A DNA stretch of 45,777 bases, taken from assembly GCA_027048265.1 (NCBI GenBank), contig JALTXS010000102.1, forward strand, positions 1 to 45,777. The letters run 5' to 3'. Below the pieces are notes generated by a model. The model saw only the letters and a list, made by a program, of their open reading frames with translations. It searched no databases and was not told where the DNA came from. Source of the DNA: Desulfurococcales archaeon (GTDB lineage Archaea > Thermoproteota > Thermoprotei_A > Sulfolobales > Fervidicoccaceae). Made by a program: the position numbers and the translations under genes. Of this stretch, positions 9,223 to 19,598 are shown piece after piece. Position 1 is the stretch's first letter. Every line of letters begins with the position of its first letter.

Positions 9223-10738
9223 GTATCATGTTCACGGAGTCCATTGTGCCTGGTGCCATGTATCCAAACAACAGGAACAGCACTATGGATAAAATGATGG
9301 CTATCACAAGAGATGATGATAGCATCTTGTCAGTGTCGCCTGGTGTAAAGTCCTGCTTTTTCTGTCCAAAGAACACCTTCTTCACGGTGATGAAACTGTA
9401 AGCTATTGATAGGCCTATTCCGGAAACGAAGACCAGTAAAGGAATGGACAGGCTCCCCGCTTCCATCAGGTAGCCCGAGTATCCTCCTATTATCATAACC
9501 TCGCTCCAGAATCCTATAGTGGGTGGTACTCCTGTGATTACAAGAAATCCTACAAGGGCTGCGGATGCCGTTATTGGGACCAGTTGTGCTAGACCGCCGA
9601 GTCTATTTACCTGCCTAGTCTCGTAGTAGTAAATGATTGACCCTGCGGCCATGAAGAGGAGTGCTTTTCCAAAGGAATGAGCCAGTATATGGTATATTGA
9701 ACCAGCTATTCCCACAGGCACGAGCGTCGCTATTCCGAGGAGGACGTATCCCATTTGGCTGACACTGCTGTATGCCAATATTCTCTTTATATCATTCTCT
9801 TTAAGCGCATTGAAGCCTCCGTAGAGCATCGTTGCGAGAGCTAGTGCTATGAGAAACACCTGTAGGCCCTGTGGTAGCCCCTGGTATAGCGTGAGCAGTA
9901 TTCTAGCCACACCATAGCCTCCTAGCCCTATAAGGACAGGGGATAGTAGAGCGCTGATAGGTGTAGGAGCCTCGGCATGGGCGTAGGGGAGCCAGAAGTG
10001 CACTCCTAGCACGGCCATTTTCACTAGTAAGCCAAAGAGGATAGTGTATAGTACAAGCTTTGAGAGGAAGGGGGTTAGGATTGAGGACGCCCACCCGAGC
10101 ATTGGTCCCTTTTCTGGGTGATAGAAATCAAATGTTCCAACGATAACCCCGTATACAAGAGCGCCTAGCAGGAAGAAGGCGGCTCCGATATGAGTCCACA
10201 CGAAGTATAGTATTGCTATCCTCTTCCTATCCCCATAACCGTACCAGTTTATGAGGAGAAAGGACGATATCAGCGAAAGCTCTAGGAAGAGGTAGAATAC
10301 GATAAGGTTATTCGTAAGCGTGACACCAATCATGGAGCCCGCGAATACTAGGTAAAGGGCAAAGTACTTGGGAATGTGCTCTTCCTGGGATAGACCCATT
10401 TCCTCTACTCGTTTCACCATATAAGGCAAGCTATATAGGGCAACAATCGCGCTTACCAGACTAGCACCTAGCACGACAGGCAGACTAAGGCCGTCTACAA
10501 AGAAGCTAATAGAACCAACACCCGCGAGGCGTGCGATGGGAGGGTCAAAAACCGCTCCAGAAGAGCCCGAGCGGTAATATACGTGCATCGCAGCAAGCGA
10601 TGGCAATAGGAGTGTGATGGACGTGAGTAATGAAAGCTTTTTACCGTCCCTCGTCTTGAGGGCTATGAGTGACGCTAGGAAGGGTATTAGTATGGATAAT
10701 GTTAGCAGGGGAAAACCCGTCATCAGGGGAGCTTCCAC
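9209..10738 (-). CDS. nuoM: NADH-quinone oxidoreductase subunit M
   Basis: FWLPYAHAEAPTPISALLSPVLIGLGGYG (NuoM WLP.AH.EAP motif). GTG at 10738, alternative ATG at 10723. Confidence 0.9.
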   Translation of the reverse strand: MEAPLMTGFPLLTLSILIPFLASLIALKTRDGKKLSLLTSITLLLPSLAAMHVYYRSGSSGAVFDPPIARLAGVGSISFFVDGLSLPVVLGASLVSAIVALYSLPYMVKRVEEMGLSQEEHIPKYFALYLVFAGSMIGVTLTNNLIVFYLFLELSLISSFLLINWYGYGDRKRIAILYFVWTHIGAAFFLLGALVYGVIVGTFDFYHPEKGPMLGWASSILTPFLSKLVLYTILFGLLVKMAVLGVHFWLPYAHAEAPTPISALLSPVLIGLGGYGVARILLTLYQGLPQGLQVFLIALALATMLYGGFNALKENDIKRILAYSSVSQMGYVLLGIATLVPVGIAGSIYHILAHSFGKALLFMAAGSIIYYYETRQVNRLGGLAQLVPITASAALVGFLVITGVPPTIGFWSEVMIIGGYSGYLMEAGSLSIPLLVFVSGIGLSIAYSFITVKKVFFGQKKQDFTPGDTDKMLSSSLVIAIILSIVLFLLFGYMAPGTMDSVNMILGGG

Positions 10739-10759
10739 AGAGCCTCACCTCTCAATTAT

Positions 10760-11068
10760 TTATGCCTCGTCTAGGGGGTCTCCTATTCCCGAGGGCTCTA
10801 CTGATTTGTGCGTCCTATAGTAGAGCACGGCTATTGACACCGCGACTATCACTTCAGCAGTAGCCAGCACCACTATTATGAACCCATATATGCTTGCGAG
10901 GAGGGGCGATACTGTGCCCAGTAGTAGCAGGTAGAGGAGCGCCGCGTTGAACAGCAGCTCGACTCCTATTAGCATCTTGAGTAGGCTCCTACTACTCATA
11001 ATAGTTAGGAAGCCCAGGGATGCCAAAGCAGCAATTGTAATCTCGACTATTTTAACAAGCAAATCCAT
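10760..11068 (-). CDS. nuoK: NADH-quinone oxidoreductase subunit K
   Basis: About 100 aa with 3 TM segments and LIGVELLFNAALL. ATG 11068 overlaps the nuoJ TGA by 1 nt. Confidence 0.85.
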   Translation of the reverse strand: MDLLVKIVEITIAALASLGFLTIMSSRSLLKMLIGVELLFNAALLYLLLLGTVSPLLASIYGFIIVVLATAEVIVAVSIAVLYYRTHKSVEPSGIGDPLDEA

Positions 11069-11595
11069 CACGCATCACCTTTTGAGCCCATTATTTCTTT
11101 TCTAGCAATCACTATTGACTCAATAGCACTAGTTGCAGCAACCAATATGATTAGCACAATGGTCAGAGGATATTCTGCGACAAGCGCCCTGGGTATGAGC
11201 CCTGTTGGCGTTGACGTGAAAGCCGCGGGTGCAGGCAGCAGGGAGATAACTTTATCCACGAAAAGTAGTACTGTGGCGAACACTATTACTGAGAGTATTG
11301 CTGTACCAGGTGAAATCCTGGGCTGTATACTCTGCTCCCCCACAAGCGAGAACGCGAGAATAATGAACATCACAGCAGCTCCGACGTATATGACTAGCTG
11401 GACTGCACCTACGAGTAGAAAGCCCATTAGCGCGAAGAGGGCCGCATTTAGGAACCCAACAATACCTAAAGCGAATGCGGAGTAGAACAATGACTTCGCT
11501 CTCACTATATAGAGTGACGAAGCTATGATCCCCACCGCCACAACTATGGTGGCGGCAAGGTATACAGCTTGGTCACTCGCTATTGACTGGGACAT
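11068..11595 (-). CDS. nuoJ: NADH-quinone oxidoreductase subunit J
   Basis: Membrane protein with QLVIYVGAAVMFIILAFSLVG (NuoJ Q..VY.GA motif); position in the operon agrees. Confidence 0.8.
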   Translation of the reverse strand: MSQSIASDQAVYLAATIVVAVGIIASSLYIVRAKSLFYSAFALGIVGFLNAALFALMGFLLVGAVQLVIYVGAAVMFIILAFSLVGEQSIQPRISPGTAILSVIVFATVLLFVDKVISLLPAPAAFTSTPTGLIPRALVAEYPLTIVLIILVAATSAIESIVIARKEIMGSKGDA

Positions 11596-12097
11596 ATCTC
11601 AATCCCTTCTCCTCATCTATTACAACCCTCACCTTTCTAACATGCTCTGGTTCTTCAGGCTCTTTCGTGAACGTCTCTAGGTCAAAAACCATGTCATCCC
11701 TGTTCTCGAACACAAGGTCATGTACAGGCACGTGGTAAAGGGCTTCCACCGGACATATATCAACACAGTAACCGCAGAATATACATCTCTCATAGTTGAT
11801 TACAGGTCGCAATTTTTTAGGTGCAGCATTGAACATCTTCATCGCTGCTGCTGGACAGACCCTTGCACATAGTGAGCAACCTATGCATTTGTCATTATTG
11901 AGTACTATCATGCCCCTATATCCTTCAGAGAGTACTGGTCTCTCCAAAGGATATCTGAGGGTTATTCTTTGGGGACGCGCCAGTCTAAGCATGCCAAGTG
12001 ACAGCGCCTTAGCGTGCATTTTGGCCTTGTCTAAAAGTCCCATTCTCTCTTCTACATTTCTTTCAGAATACCTGGGACCTGCGCTTGTTTCGGCCAT
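11573..12097 (-). CDS. nuoI: NADH-quinone oxidoreductase subunit I (2x[4Fe-4S])
   Basis: Two ferredoxin motifs, CIGCSLCARVCP and CIFCGYCVDICP. Confidence 0.9.
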   Translation of the reverse strand: MAETSAGPRYSERNVEERMGLLDKAKMHAKALSLGMLRLARPQRITLRYPLERPVLSEGYRGMIVLNNDKCIGCSLCARVCPAAAMKMFNAAPKKLRPVINYERCIFCGYCVDICPVEALYHVPVHDLVFENRDDMVFDLETFTKEPEEPEHVRKVRVVIDEEKGLRYVPVNSE

Positions 12098-12098
12098 G

Positions 12099-13133
12099 TT
12101 AGAACACCTCCATTAAATAAACCACTGCGGCGGAGAGACCGATGGAAACAAGTGCCATAATGAACCAGAACCCCCAACCTCCTTTTAGTGCATGGTCTAT
12201 TCTATACCGGCCATAAACGGCCCTCGTGAATACCATGAGGAGACTTATTATCACGGCTTTTATGGCAACACTAGCTCCTGGTAGTATTATTGAATCTAGT
12301 ATGTAGTTGCCCGTAACAATGCCTCCAAGCGGACTCCAGCCTCCAAGGAAAAGGAGGACGAATATAATGTTATATACGAACATCCGTGCATATGATATGC
12401 CCATGGCCAATCCGAACATTATTCCAGAATACTCTGTGAAAGCGCCCATCACAATCTCTGACTCAGCCTCCGCTATTTCAAATGGGAAGCGCGACGTACC
12501 CATCATAACTGCAACGAAATACGTGATTGCCGCTATGGGGTTCAGGATTATGCCCCAGAGAAGGGCCTGTTGGGCCTCCACTGCTTTTAGAAAGTCGAGC
12601 GTCCCGTAGAGGAAGGACATTGAGGCTATGACAAGTAATATTATAATCTCGTAGGTAGCTATAAGGAAGCTTTCACGCGCACTCCCAACCAAAGAGAACT
12701 TGTTGTTACTGGCCCACCCTGCTAAAATGAGTAGGAGTGGGGGAATTGTCGTGAGTGCTGCAGCTATGAGTATGCTCCCCTCAGTGGTCACGGGCAGGAA
12801 CGTGGGGGAGAATGGCGTAACTAAGAGTGGCATAAGTGCGATGACGAATGCCGCTATGGGCGCTATTACGAAGGGCAACTTGTCAACCGTCCGCGGTATT
12901 ATCACCTCTTGTAAAGCATACCTTATAAGGTCTGCCATAAGCTGAGGCGCTCCTGCAAGACGTGGTGCTATTTCTAATGGACCGTATCTCATCTGCACAC
13001 GTCCTGCTATCTTACGTTCTGACCATATTAGGAACATTTCAAAAATCATTACAAAGATCAGGCCTGGAAATATAATGTAGTAGAAGAGGGGAGGCCAAAG
13101 TATGAGGTCTATGAGCCTCTCTACTATAGCCAT
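12099..13133 (-). CDS. nuoH: NADH-quinone oxidoreductase subunit H
   Basis: SERKIAGRVQMRYGPLEI (NuoH ERK..Q.R.GP motif); polytopic. Confidence 0.9.
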   Translation of the reverse strand: MAIVERLIDLILWPPLFYYIIFPGLIFVMIFEMFLIWSERKIAGRVQMRYGPLEIAPRLAGAPQLMADLIRYALQEVIIPRTVDKLPFVIAPIAAFVIALMPLLVTPFSPTFLPVTTEGSILIAAALTTIPPLLLILAGWASNNKFSLVGSARESFLIATYEIIILLVIASMSFLYGTLDFLKAVEAQQALLWGIILNPIAAITYFVAVMMGTSRFPFEIAEAESEIVMGAFTEYSGIMFGLAMGISYARMFVYNIIFVLLFLGGWSPLGGIVTGNYILDSIILPGASVAIKAVIISLLMVFTRAVYGRYRIDHALKGGWGFWFIMALVSIGLSAAVVYLMEVF

Positions 13134-14329
13134 TACCTATCAGCCTCCGGTGGGAAATAGTCTATACTCCCGTAGATCGCGGGTAGGTCAGCAACTCTGT
13201 GCCCCGGCAACACGTACTTGAATACTATTGAGTTCCTGAATGAGGGGGATACTACCCGGACCCGATAGGGTTTATTCTGGCCATCACTCACCACGTAGTA
13301 GAAGTACTCCCCTCTTCCTGCCTCAACACGAGCGTAGGCCTCTCCCTTTGGCGGCCTGAGATTGAAGAGTGCTGGTGCCAGTTTTACCCTCTTCTCGGTC
13401 TCAAGGACGTCTTTTAGAACCTTTGTGAACATCTTAAGGTACTTTTCATGAAGTATGGGGCCCTCGGGTATTCGGTTAACCGCTTGTTTCAGAATCTTGA
13501 GACTCTCCCTAAGTTCGTCGACTCTCTGCAGAGTACGGGCTAGGGCATCTCCCTCCTTGTAAATAGGAACCTCGAAGTCCAGTTCGGGGTAGGCTGCATA
13601 TGGCTCCTCTATTCTAACATCGTGCCTTATCCCACTAGCTCTTATGTTAGGGCCTACAATGCCTAGCTCGGCCGCTTTTTGCCTGCTTATGTAACCCACT
13701 CCCTCGAGCCTGCTTCTTATAACTGGGTTTTTCAAGAACATTACCTCGTACTCTTTGAGCCTTTTTTCGAAGTATTTTATCCCCTTCTCCAACTCGTCCT
13801 TGAAGCCTGAGGGAAGGTCTCTTCTGACGCCTCCCGGCCAGAAGAAGGAGTGTGTCAGCCTTTGTCCAGTAAGCCTTTCAGCGAGTTCAACAAAGACTTC
13901 ACGGTCTCCGAAGAACCACATGTACATAGTGCTATGGCCTAGAAGTATGGCGAATATACCCATTCCATACAAGTGGCTAGCTATTCGGTTAAGCTCCGCA
14001 AGTATTGTTCTAATGTACTTTGCTCTAGGCGGGGGCTCTATTCCCAATAGTTTCTCTATAGCCATAATATAACCTAGGGTACAGTTGGCCGCGTCCAGTA
14101 TAGCCATCCTTTCAAAAAGAGGCTGGTTCTTAACCCACTCCCGTCCCTCTGCTAGCTTCTCCATGGTACGGTGTACGAAGCCTATGTCAGGCTCGGCCTC
14201 TACTATGATGTCTCCATCTACTCTCAGTATTATCCTCATATGGCCGCTACCAGGATGCTGAGGACCTATGAATACCTCTAGTATATCCTTGTCTATCCGT
14301 CTGGTCAGTATCTGCGACTGCTGGCTCAT
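13133..14329 (-). CDS. nuoD: NADH-quinone oxidoreductase subunit D
   Basis: GPQHPGSGHMR near the N-terminus; RVVSPSFRN...DLPAIYGSIDYFPPEADR at the C-terminus. Confidence 0.93.
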   Translation of the reverse strand: MSQQSQILTRRIDKDILEVFIGPQHPGSGHMRIILRVDGDIIVEAEPDIGFVHRTMEKLAEGREWVKNQPLFERMAILDAANCTLGYIMAIEKLLGIEPPPRAKYIRTILAELNRIASHLYGMGIFAILLGHSTMYMWFFGDREVFVELAERLTGQRLTHSFFWPGGVRRDLPSGFKDELEKGIKYFEKRLKEYEVMFLKNPVIRSRLEGVGYISRQKAAELGIVGPNIRASGIRHDVRIEEPYAAYPELDFEVPIYKEGDALARTLQRVDELRESLKILKQAVNRIPEGPILHEKYLKMFTKVLKDVLETEKRVKLAPALFNLRPPKGEAYARVEAGRGEYFYYVVSDGQNKPYRVRVVSPSFRNSIVFKYVLPGHRVADLPAIYGSIDYFPPEADR

Positions 14330-14823
14330 CCCCTGTAGTCACCCCAATTCTCCTTCAACATGATGTTCTCTTCCTTCACAACGAAGTCTTTCCTAAGAGG
14401 TCTCAGGTCTTTGAACTCCTCAGGGTCCAAGAGTATGTGTCTCAGATCTGGGTGTCCTTCGAAGGTTATCCCGAACATTTCGTACGCTTCACGTTCCTGG
14501 AAATCAACGCTGGTCCAAACGTTTATGAGTGATGGGACTCTTGGGTTTTCTCTCGGGAGGTCAACCTGTATCTCGACCATTTTGGGATAACCTGGGGGTA
14601 GTTCATAGCCAGTCACGTGTACTATGAGTGTCATCTTGCCATCTTTTGGATAGTCGACAGCAGATAGTGAAACCACGGTTGTGTATCCTTGTTCCTTAAG
14701 CTTATTAGCAGTTTCTAACAGTTCAGGTGGAGTGGTCTTCACAACTAGGGCTTGGTCACTTTTCCTCAAAGAGCCCTCGAGGGGCAACTTTGTTTCATTC
14801 TTTCCTTCCGTTTCCTCCGCCAT
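14326..14823 (-). CDS. nuoC: NADH-quinone oxidoreductase subunit C
   Basis: FQEREAYEMFGITFEGHPDLRHILL (30-kDa subunit signature). ATGA overlap with nuoD. Confidence 0.88.
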   Translation of the reverse strand: MAEETEGKNETKLPLEGSLRKSDQALVVKTTPPELLETANKLKEQGYTTVVSLSAVDYPKDGKMTLIVHVTGYELPPGYPKMVEIQVDLPRENPRVPSLINVWTSVDFQEREAYEMFGITFEGHPDLRHILLDPEEFKDLRPLRKDFVVKEENIMLKENWGDYRG

Positions 14824-15295
14824 TTCCAGCCTCCCCGAACACCTCTTTCGACGCCTTGCCCTCTTTCATTATCTTTTTCTGAAGGCGGGCTATCGCGTGG
14901 GTTACAGCCTCAGGTCTGGGGGGGCACCCTGGTATGAACGACTCTACTGGTACTATCTTCCATGGTTTGACAATGTTGTAGCTGTTGTAGAATATGCCCC
15001 CGTCTATTGCACAGGCTCCCATTGCTATCACGAATTTAGGCCCTGGCATCTGGTCATAGGTGTTTTTCAGGACCTTAGCCATCTTCTTGGTGACTGTTCC
15101 CTCTATTACGATTGCATTGGTGTTCCTTGAGTGTGTGAAGGGGAGGCTTCCGAGCCTCTCGGTATCAAGCTTGGGAGAATATACTACTCCGAACTCACAT
15201 CCGCAGCATGAGGTCATCAAGTGGGCAGGCCATATGCTATAGGCGTTAGCCCAGTCAACTGGCTTTGAGAGCACCTTTTTAAGGCTGTTTATCAT
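14795..15295 (-). CDS. nuoB: NADH-quinone oxidoreductase subunit B (N2 cluster subunit)
   Basis: SCCGCEF, GACAIDGG and PGCPPRPE cysteine motifs. Confidence 0.93.
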   Translation of the reverse strand: MINSLKKVLSKPVDWANAYSIWPAHLMTSCCGCEFGVVYSPKLDTERLGSLPFTHSRNTNAIVIEGTVTKKMAKVLKNTYDQMPGPKFVIAMGACAIDGGIFYNSYNIVKPWKIVPVESFIPGCPPRPEAVTHAIARLQKKIMKEGKASKEVFGEAGNGGGNGRKE

Positions 15296-15301
15296 GGTAA
15301 A

Positions 15302-15673
15302 CTACCTCCAACTCCAATATCCTGTCTCCTTGGCCTGCTTTAGCGTGAATAGTAGTATTGGCAACACGATTAAAATGCTCGCAAGTACAATCAGGGCATT
15401 GTTTTCAACTGCAAACCGCGAAGAAGCGGATATTACTAAAAGGGTAATTACAACAGGCTCTATAGCCGCGAACATTATTAGGAAACCGAAATACTGGAAA
15501 CCCACCTTGACCCTAGCCTGGCCAGGTGACAAGTGTCCTGATTCCCATCGTTCGAACTTTATTCCTTCTGGACGGGGCCTCCTTATCAACGCTAGGAAGG
15601 CAACTGTAATCAATAAGAGGCTTGCGATCAGGATCGGTAATACCCCGTATGCGATTATAGTTGTTGTGTTCAA
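15302..15673 (-). CDS. nuoA: NADH-quinone oxidoreductase subunit A
   Basis: 3-TM protein with FERWESGH..FQYFGFLIMFAAIEPV (NuoA-like). First gene of the operon, TTG start. Confidence 0.8.
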   Translation of the reverse strand: MNTTTIIAYGVLPILIASLLLITVAFLALIRRPRPEGIKFERWESGHLSPGQARVKVGFQYFGFLIMFAAIEPVVITLLVISASSRFAVENNALIVLASILIVLPILLFTLKQAKETGYWSWR

Positions 15674-15901
15674 ATCTGGCCCCTCTTCGCTGCCCCGCTT
15701 CTCTGTTTCCTAGTTATACCTTGGGGGCTATTTTTTGTTTAAGTAAAACTGAGATTATTATATTTTTTATTAATCTAATAATAGAATAATGACAAAATTC
15801 CCACTAGAATGGGAAATAACCAAACAGCCAGCCACGTTGAACGCTTTCTCTATCTATGTCGTAAAAACAACGAGTAATGGAGAGAACAGTTTTTGGAAAA
15901 T
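15674..15901 (-). promoter_or_regulatory. AT-rich spacer holding the EF-2 terminator T-tracts and the nuo operon promoter
   Basis: Read on the minus strand, GATTTTCC and GTTGTTTTTA lie just after the EF-2 stop. TATA-like GGTATAACTAGG sits about 35-45 nt upstream of the nuoA TTG, and AAAAAATATAATAATC lies further upstream. Confidence 0.35.
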
Positions 15902-18112
15902 CTAGAGGGATATGAAATCCTTGTAGCTTGGCGGTTCTGGTGGTAGACCCTTTCTCTCCCTTATCTTCCTTACAACATCCATAAGCAGTGAGTCAGGCAC
16001 CGGTGCCCAGCGGCTGAACTCTATGCCCCAGAACGCCCGTCCCGCCGTCACGCTCCTAAGCTCGCTTGCCAAGTCGAAACTTTCAGCTACTGGAACCTCT
16101 GCTATAAGTCTTGTCATGTCGCCTGCCTGGGTAACTGTTATTATTCTTCCCCGTTTCCTCGTTATAACGGCGGTCACAGCACTCAGGTAGTCCATTGGGA
16201 GTCGTATGTCCAGTTTCTGGAGGGGTTCTAACAGAGTTGGTTTTGCTGTGAGGAATCCGGCAAATATGGCGTTTCTTACGGCCGGATATATTTGTGCAGG
16301 TCCTCTGTGGGCGGGGTCCTCATGTATTACTGCATCGTGGAGGACTACCTTTACTCCCCTAACGGGCTCCGCAGCTAGTGGACCTTCACGCATTGCAAGC
16401 CTGAAGGCCTGTAGTATAGTGTCCTTGACTTCTCTCAGGTGCTGAAGTCCGGTTGTCTTGTCTACGAATATGTTGATATTTTCCTCTATTGTCCATATCC
16501 TCCTCGCCTCATCATAGTCCCAGCCTGCCTTGTCTCTTAGAATCTTTGCCCTCTCCCTAAAGTCCTGGTCCTCCGTGATAGCACCTTCTTGTATGAGCTT
16601 TATAGTTTCCTCATCAAGCGGCTCCACACTTATGTAGAAGCGGTTGTGCTTGTTCGGGCTTTTTCCCTCGAAAACATCGCTCTTCGCACGTATGCTCTCC
16701 CTGTACACGACTATCGGAGGCGACGTGTTAACCTCGAGTCCATAGTTCTCCTTCATCAGAGTGAGCGCAATCTCTAGGTGTAGGGGTCCCATACCTGATA
16801 GCAGGTACTCCCCTGTTTCCTCGTTTATCTTTATGACTAGGTTGGGGTCCTCTATACTCATTTTGTGGAGAGCGTCTATAAGCTTGGGGAGGTCACGCGT
16901 ACTCTTTGGCTCAACAGCTATGGTGACCACAGGCTCGCTGACGTAGTGGAGGCGCTCGAATGGAGCCATCTCATCCTTGTACTTGACGTCGACAACCGTC
17001 TCTCCAGAGCGGGCTTTGTCAAGGCCTAACACGGCTAGTATGTTGCCCGCGACAATCCTGTCAGCAACTTCACGGGTTGGTCCCATGTAGAGGCTCACTT
17101 GGAGTACTCTTTGCTTCACACGGGTGTTTACCAACCATACTTCTCTACCGGGCTCTAGGGTTCCGCTGAAGAGCCTCCCTGTAGCGACCAATCCTGCGTG
17201 GGGGTCTACCCTTATGTCGTTGATAAGCATCACAGCAGGCCCATTTGGGTCCGCGTTGAGCATTGCTTTGCCTATCTCGGAGTTTATGTCACCTTTCCAT
17301 ATCTTGGGGATCCTGTACTTCTGGGCCTCCCTTGGATTGGGGACAAATTTTACGACCATGTCAAGCAGAGCCTCGTAGAGAGGAACCTGCTTCGCGAACT
17401 CCTCGACACCTTGTTTACCCCTCTCATAGGCTTTGACAATGTCGCTGATTTTCACACCCTTTTGAGCAGCCATAGGCACCGTGAAGCCCCATTTTTCCTT
17501 GGCGGAACCGAAAGCGACCATGCCCTTCGTGGGGTCTAGCAGCCATTTGTCCTTGAACTCAGGGTCAGCATATGAGGCTATCATCTTGTTAACTTCTTTT
17601 ATAATCTCAACGAACCTCTGCTGTATTTGCTCAGGGGTGTACTTCAGTTCCTTTATGAGCCTGTCAACCTTATTGATAAAGAGGAGGGGCCTAACCCTCT
17701 CCTCCAGCGATTGTCGTAGTACCGTTTCTGTTTGGGTCATTATGCCCTCCACTGCGTCAACAACTACTATCGAGCCGTCAAGGACCCTGAGGCTCCTGGT
17801 AACTTTGCCCGAGAAGTCAACGTGACCAGGGGTATCTATCAGGTTTATAACATAGGGCTTACCGTTGTACTCGTGGTAGAGGCTTATGTTTGCAGACTTT
17901 ACAGTTATGCCTCTCTTCTGCTCCACGTCCAAATAGTCGGTCGCTAGCGCCTCTCCTGCAACCTTATATGATATAATTCCGGCAGCGGCCAGCAACGAGT
18001 CTGTTGTGGTAGTCTTACCGTGGTCCACGTGCGCTATTATACCAATGTTCCGCACGTTCTCCAAGTTTGACATCATTTTTAGAATTTCTACTACCTGTTT
18101 ATAGCGGGGCAT
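15902..18112 (-). CDS. fusA: Translation elongation factor 2 (aEF-2)
   Basis: [17 protein letters not shown], and the diphthamide region [15 protein letters not shown] 18112 (MPRYKQV...) follows AAGGTG. The track start at 18121 is GTG. Confidence 0.97.
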   Translation of the reverse strand: MPRYKQVVEILKMMSNLENVRNIGIIAHVDHGKTTTTDSLLAAAGIISYKVAGEALATDYLDVEQKRGITVKSANISLYHEYNGKPYVINLIDTPGHVDFSGKVTRSLRVLDGSIVVVDAVEGIMTQTETVLRQSLEERVRPLLFINKVDRLIKELKYTPEQIQQRFVEIIKEVNKMIASYADPEFKDKWLLDPTKGMVAFGSAKEKWGFTVPMAAQKGVKISDIVKAYERGKQGVEEFAKQVPLYEALLDMVVKFVPNPREAQKYRIPKIWKGDINSEIGKAMLNADPNGPAVMLINDIRVDPHAGLVATGRLFSGTLEPGREVWLVNTRVKQRVLQVSLYMGPTREVADRIVAGNILAVLGLDKARSGETVVDVKYKDEMAPFERLHYVSEPVVTIAVEPKSTRDLPKLIDALHKMSIEDPNLVIKINEETGEYLLSGMGPLHLEIALTLMKENYGLEVNTSPPIVVYRESIRAKSDVFEGKSPNKHNRFYISVEPLDEETIKLIQEGAITEDQDFRERAKILRDKAGWDYDEARRIWTIEENINIFVDKTTGLQHLREVKDTILQAFRLAMREGPLAAEPVRGVKVVLHDAVIHEDPAHRGPAQIYPAVRNAIFAGFLTAKPTLLEPLQKLDIRLPMDYLSAVTAVITRKRGRIITVTQAGDMTRLIAEVPVAESFDLASELRSVTAGRAFWGIEFSRWAPVPDSLLMDVVRKIRERKGLPPEPPSYKDFISL

Positions 18113-18193
18113 GAATGACACCTTTCCTTACAGCGGATCGCTTATACACTACCGAGTCAAGCAACTCTTTACGGCAATAAAGGGTATAATACG

Positions 18194-19318
18194 TTATCCG
18201 ACGCTCTCTTCATGCTCGGCTAGGTACTTTTCCAAGGAGCCCAGTATCCTTTTTATAAGGCTTGGCATATCCCTCTTGGCAAAACGGCGCTTGATCAAAT
18301 ACACTCCAGCCCTATTGTGACCAAGAGGGCCCTCGGCCGATTGCCCCAACGCTCTCGCCATTGCCTTGTGCAACACGACTACAAGCTCTTCGGGGGCACC
18401 ATCTCTCACTCTGTAAGTTATCCTCGTGTAATTCTTTCCAGGATTTGCAACAAACCCTGCATCGGCGCCCAGTTGCAGAAACACTGACAAGACTGCTGAC
18501 TCCTCGCTTCCCACGAAAGTACCAGCCACAATAAACTGATTTGTATGAAGCTGGAGCCTCTGGAGAGCTTTGAAAAGCGCTATTGTTTCCGGCCGGCTCC
18601 TCCTAGACCGGGGCATCATATCCATGGCGGCATCGTAATCACAGTAGCTTGAAAGATAAGCCATCGCTTCAAAGGTTAACGGGCCTGCTCTGGAAAAACG
18701 TGAGGTATCCGCTATTATCCCCAACTGGAGCATACAATAGAGCCTCTCCTTGACCTCGACACCCAGCTCCTTCGACAGAAGCGCAACTATCTCCGAACTC
18801 GAGTAAAAACTGTCATCAACAAAGTAGTGCTTAGAGTACTTGATCAGGCTGTTACGTGCATGGTGGTCGATTAGCATATCAATGCCCTTTGAAACAAGGA
18901 CTTCTCCCAAATGTGATAAGTGTGAAAGTGATGCTGTATCAACAACCAGTAAGGATACCCGCTTCCCCACTCCTTGTAATGACTCTGTTTGTACATTGTC
19001 CTGGTTTAACAGGTGTTCTACATTATCTCTGTTACGAACTATAACTGTCGGGCAAAGTACCTTTCCTACTACAATATCATAGATTGATAACGCTGTGCTC
19101 GAAAAGCCTTCAGGTACTAACACGGAACACCTCGTCGTTGCACCCGAGAGGCTGGTAACTAGATTGCATAGATGGCAAGAGGACGCTATCGCGTCTACAT
19201 CCGCGTGCCTGTGTACGATAATGTAGACTTGTGCAGACTGCTTCACTATACTCTCAAACTTCTCGCTCAGTCCCTTTATCTCTATTTTCTTCCTCTCTAC
19301 TTCTCTCAATCTGCTCAA
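18194..19318 (-). CDS. DHH-family phosphoesterase (NrnA/COG0618-like, with a DHHA1-like C-terminus)
   Basis: Motif I HRHADVDAIAS, motif II LLVVDTAS, motif III LIDHHA, motif IV GIIADTSRF, and C-terminal GHNRAGV resembling GGGH..AAG. TTG start. Confidence 0.75.
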   Translation of the reverse strand: MSRLREVERKKIEIKGLSEKFESIVKQSAQVYIIVHRHADVDAIASSCHLCNLVTSLSGATTRCSVLVPEGFSSTALSIYDIVVGKVLCPTVIVRNRDNVEHLLNQDNVQTESLQGVGKRVSLLVVDTASLSHLSHLGEVLVSKGIDMLIDHHARNSLIKYSKHYFVDDSFYSSSEIVALLSKELGVEVKERLYCMLQLGIIADTSRFSRAGPLTFEAMAYLSSYCDYDAAMDMMPRSRRSRPETIALFKALQRLQLHTNQFIVAGTFVGSEESAVLSVFLQLGADAGFVANPGKNYTRITYRVRDGAPEELVVVLHKAMARALGQSAEGPLGHNRAGVYLIKRRFAKRDMPSLIKRILGSLEKYLAEHEESVG

Positions 19319-19598
19319 TTTCCCTTCGCGCCTCTTTAATTGCTATAGAAACTTGCCTGTCTATCGATTCTTTGTAGCTTTCACTTCCCTCTCCCTCTAT
19401 TTCTATTTTGTACATGGTGCCCTCTTCTCCTGCATCAACGACAATACTAGCCGAGAAACTCTTGATTACAGGAGTGTCGAGCTCTTTTTCTATGAGGTCA
19501 AGGAGTCGTTCTAATTCTTTTTCACTTAACACCGCTTTTCTAGACTGAGTGGTTTCCTGTGCCCCTTTCCGGGATTCCTTGCCCCTGTTTTTTTCCAT
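19254..19598 (-). CDS. Small highly charged hypothetical protein (114 aa from an internal ATG)
   Basis: ORF MEKNRGKESRKGAQ...IEIEGEGSESYKE...EEENRDKGTEREV, lying between prefoldin beta and the DHH gene and overlapping the DHH start by 65 nt. I recognised no family motif. Confidence 0.4.
   Translation of the reverse strand: MEKNRGKESRKGAQETTQSRKAVLSEKELERLLDLIEKELDTPVIKSFSASIVVDAGEEGTMYKIEIEGEGSESYKESIDRQVSIAIKEARREIEQIERSREEENRDKGTEREV

Noticed and set aside
14681-15713. Plus-strand ORFs 14681..15130 and 15294..15713
   Set aside because: They are antisense to nuoC, nuoB and nuoA, which carry unmistakable Fe-S and subunit signatures.
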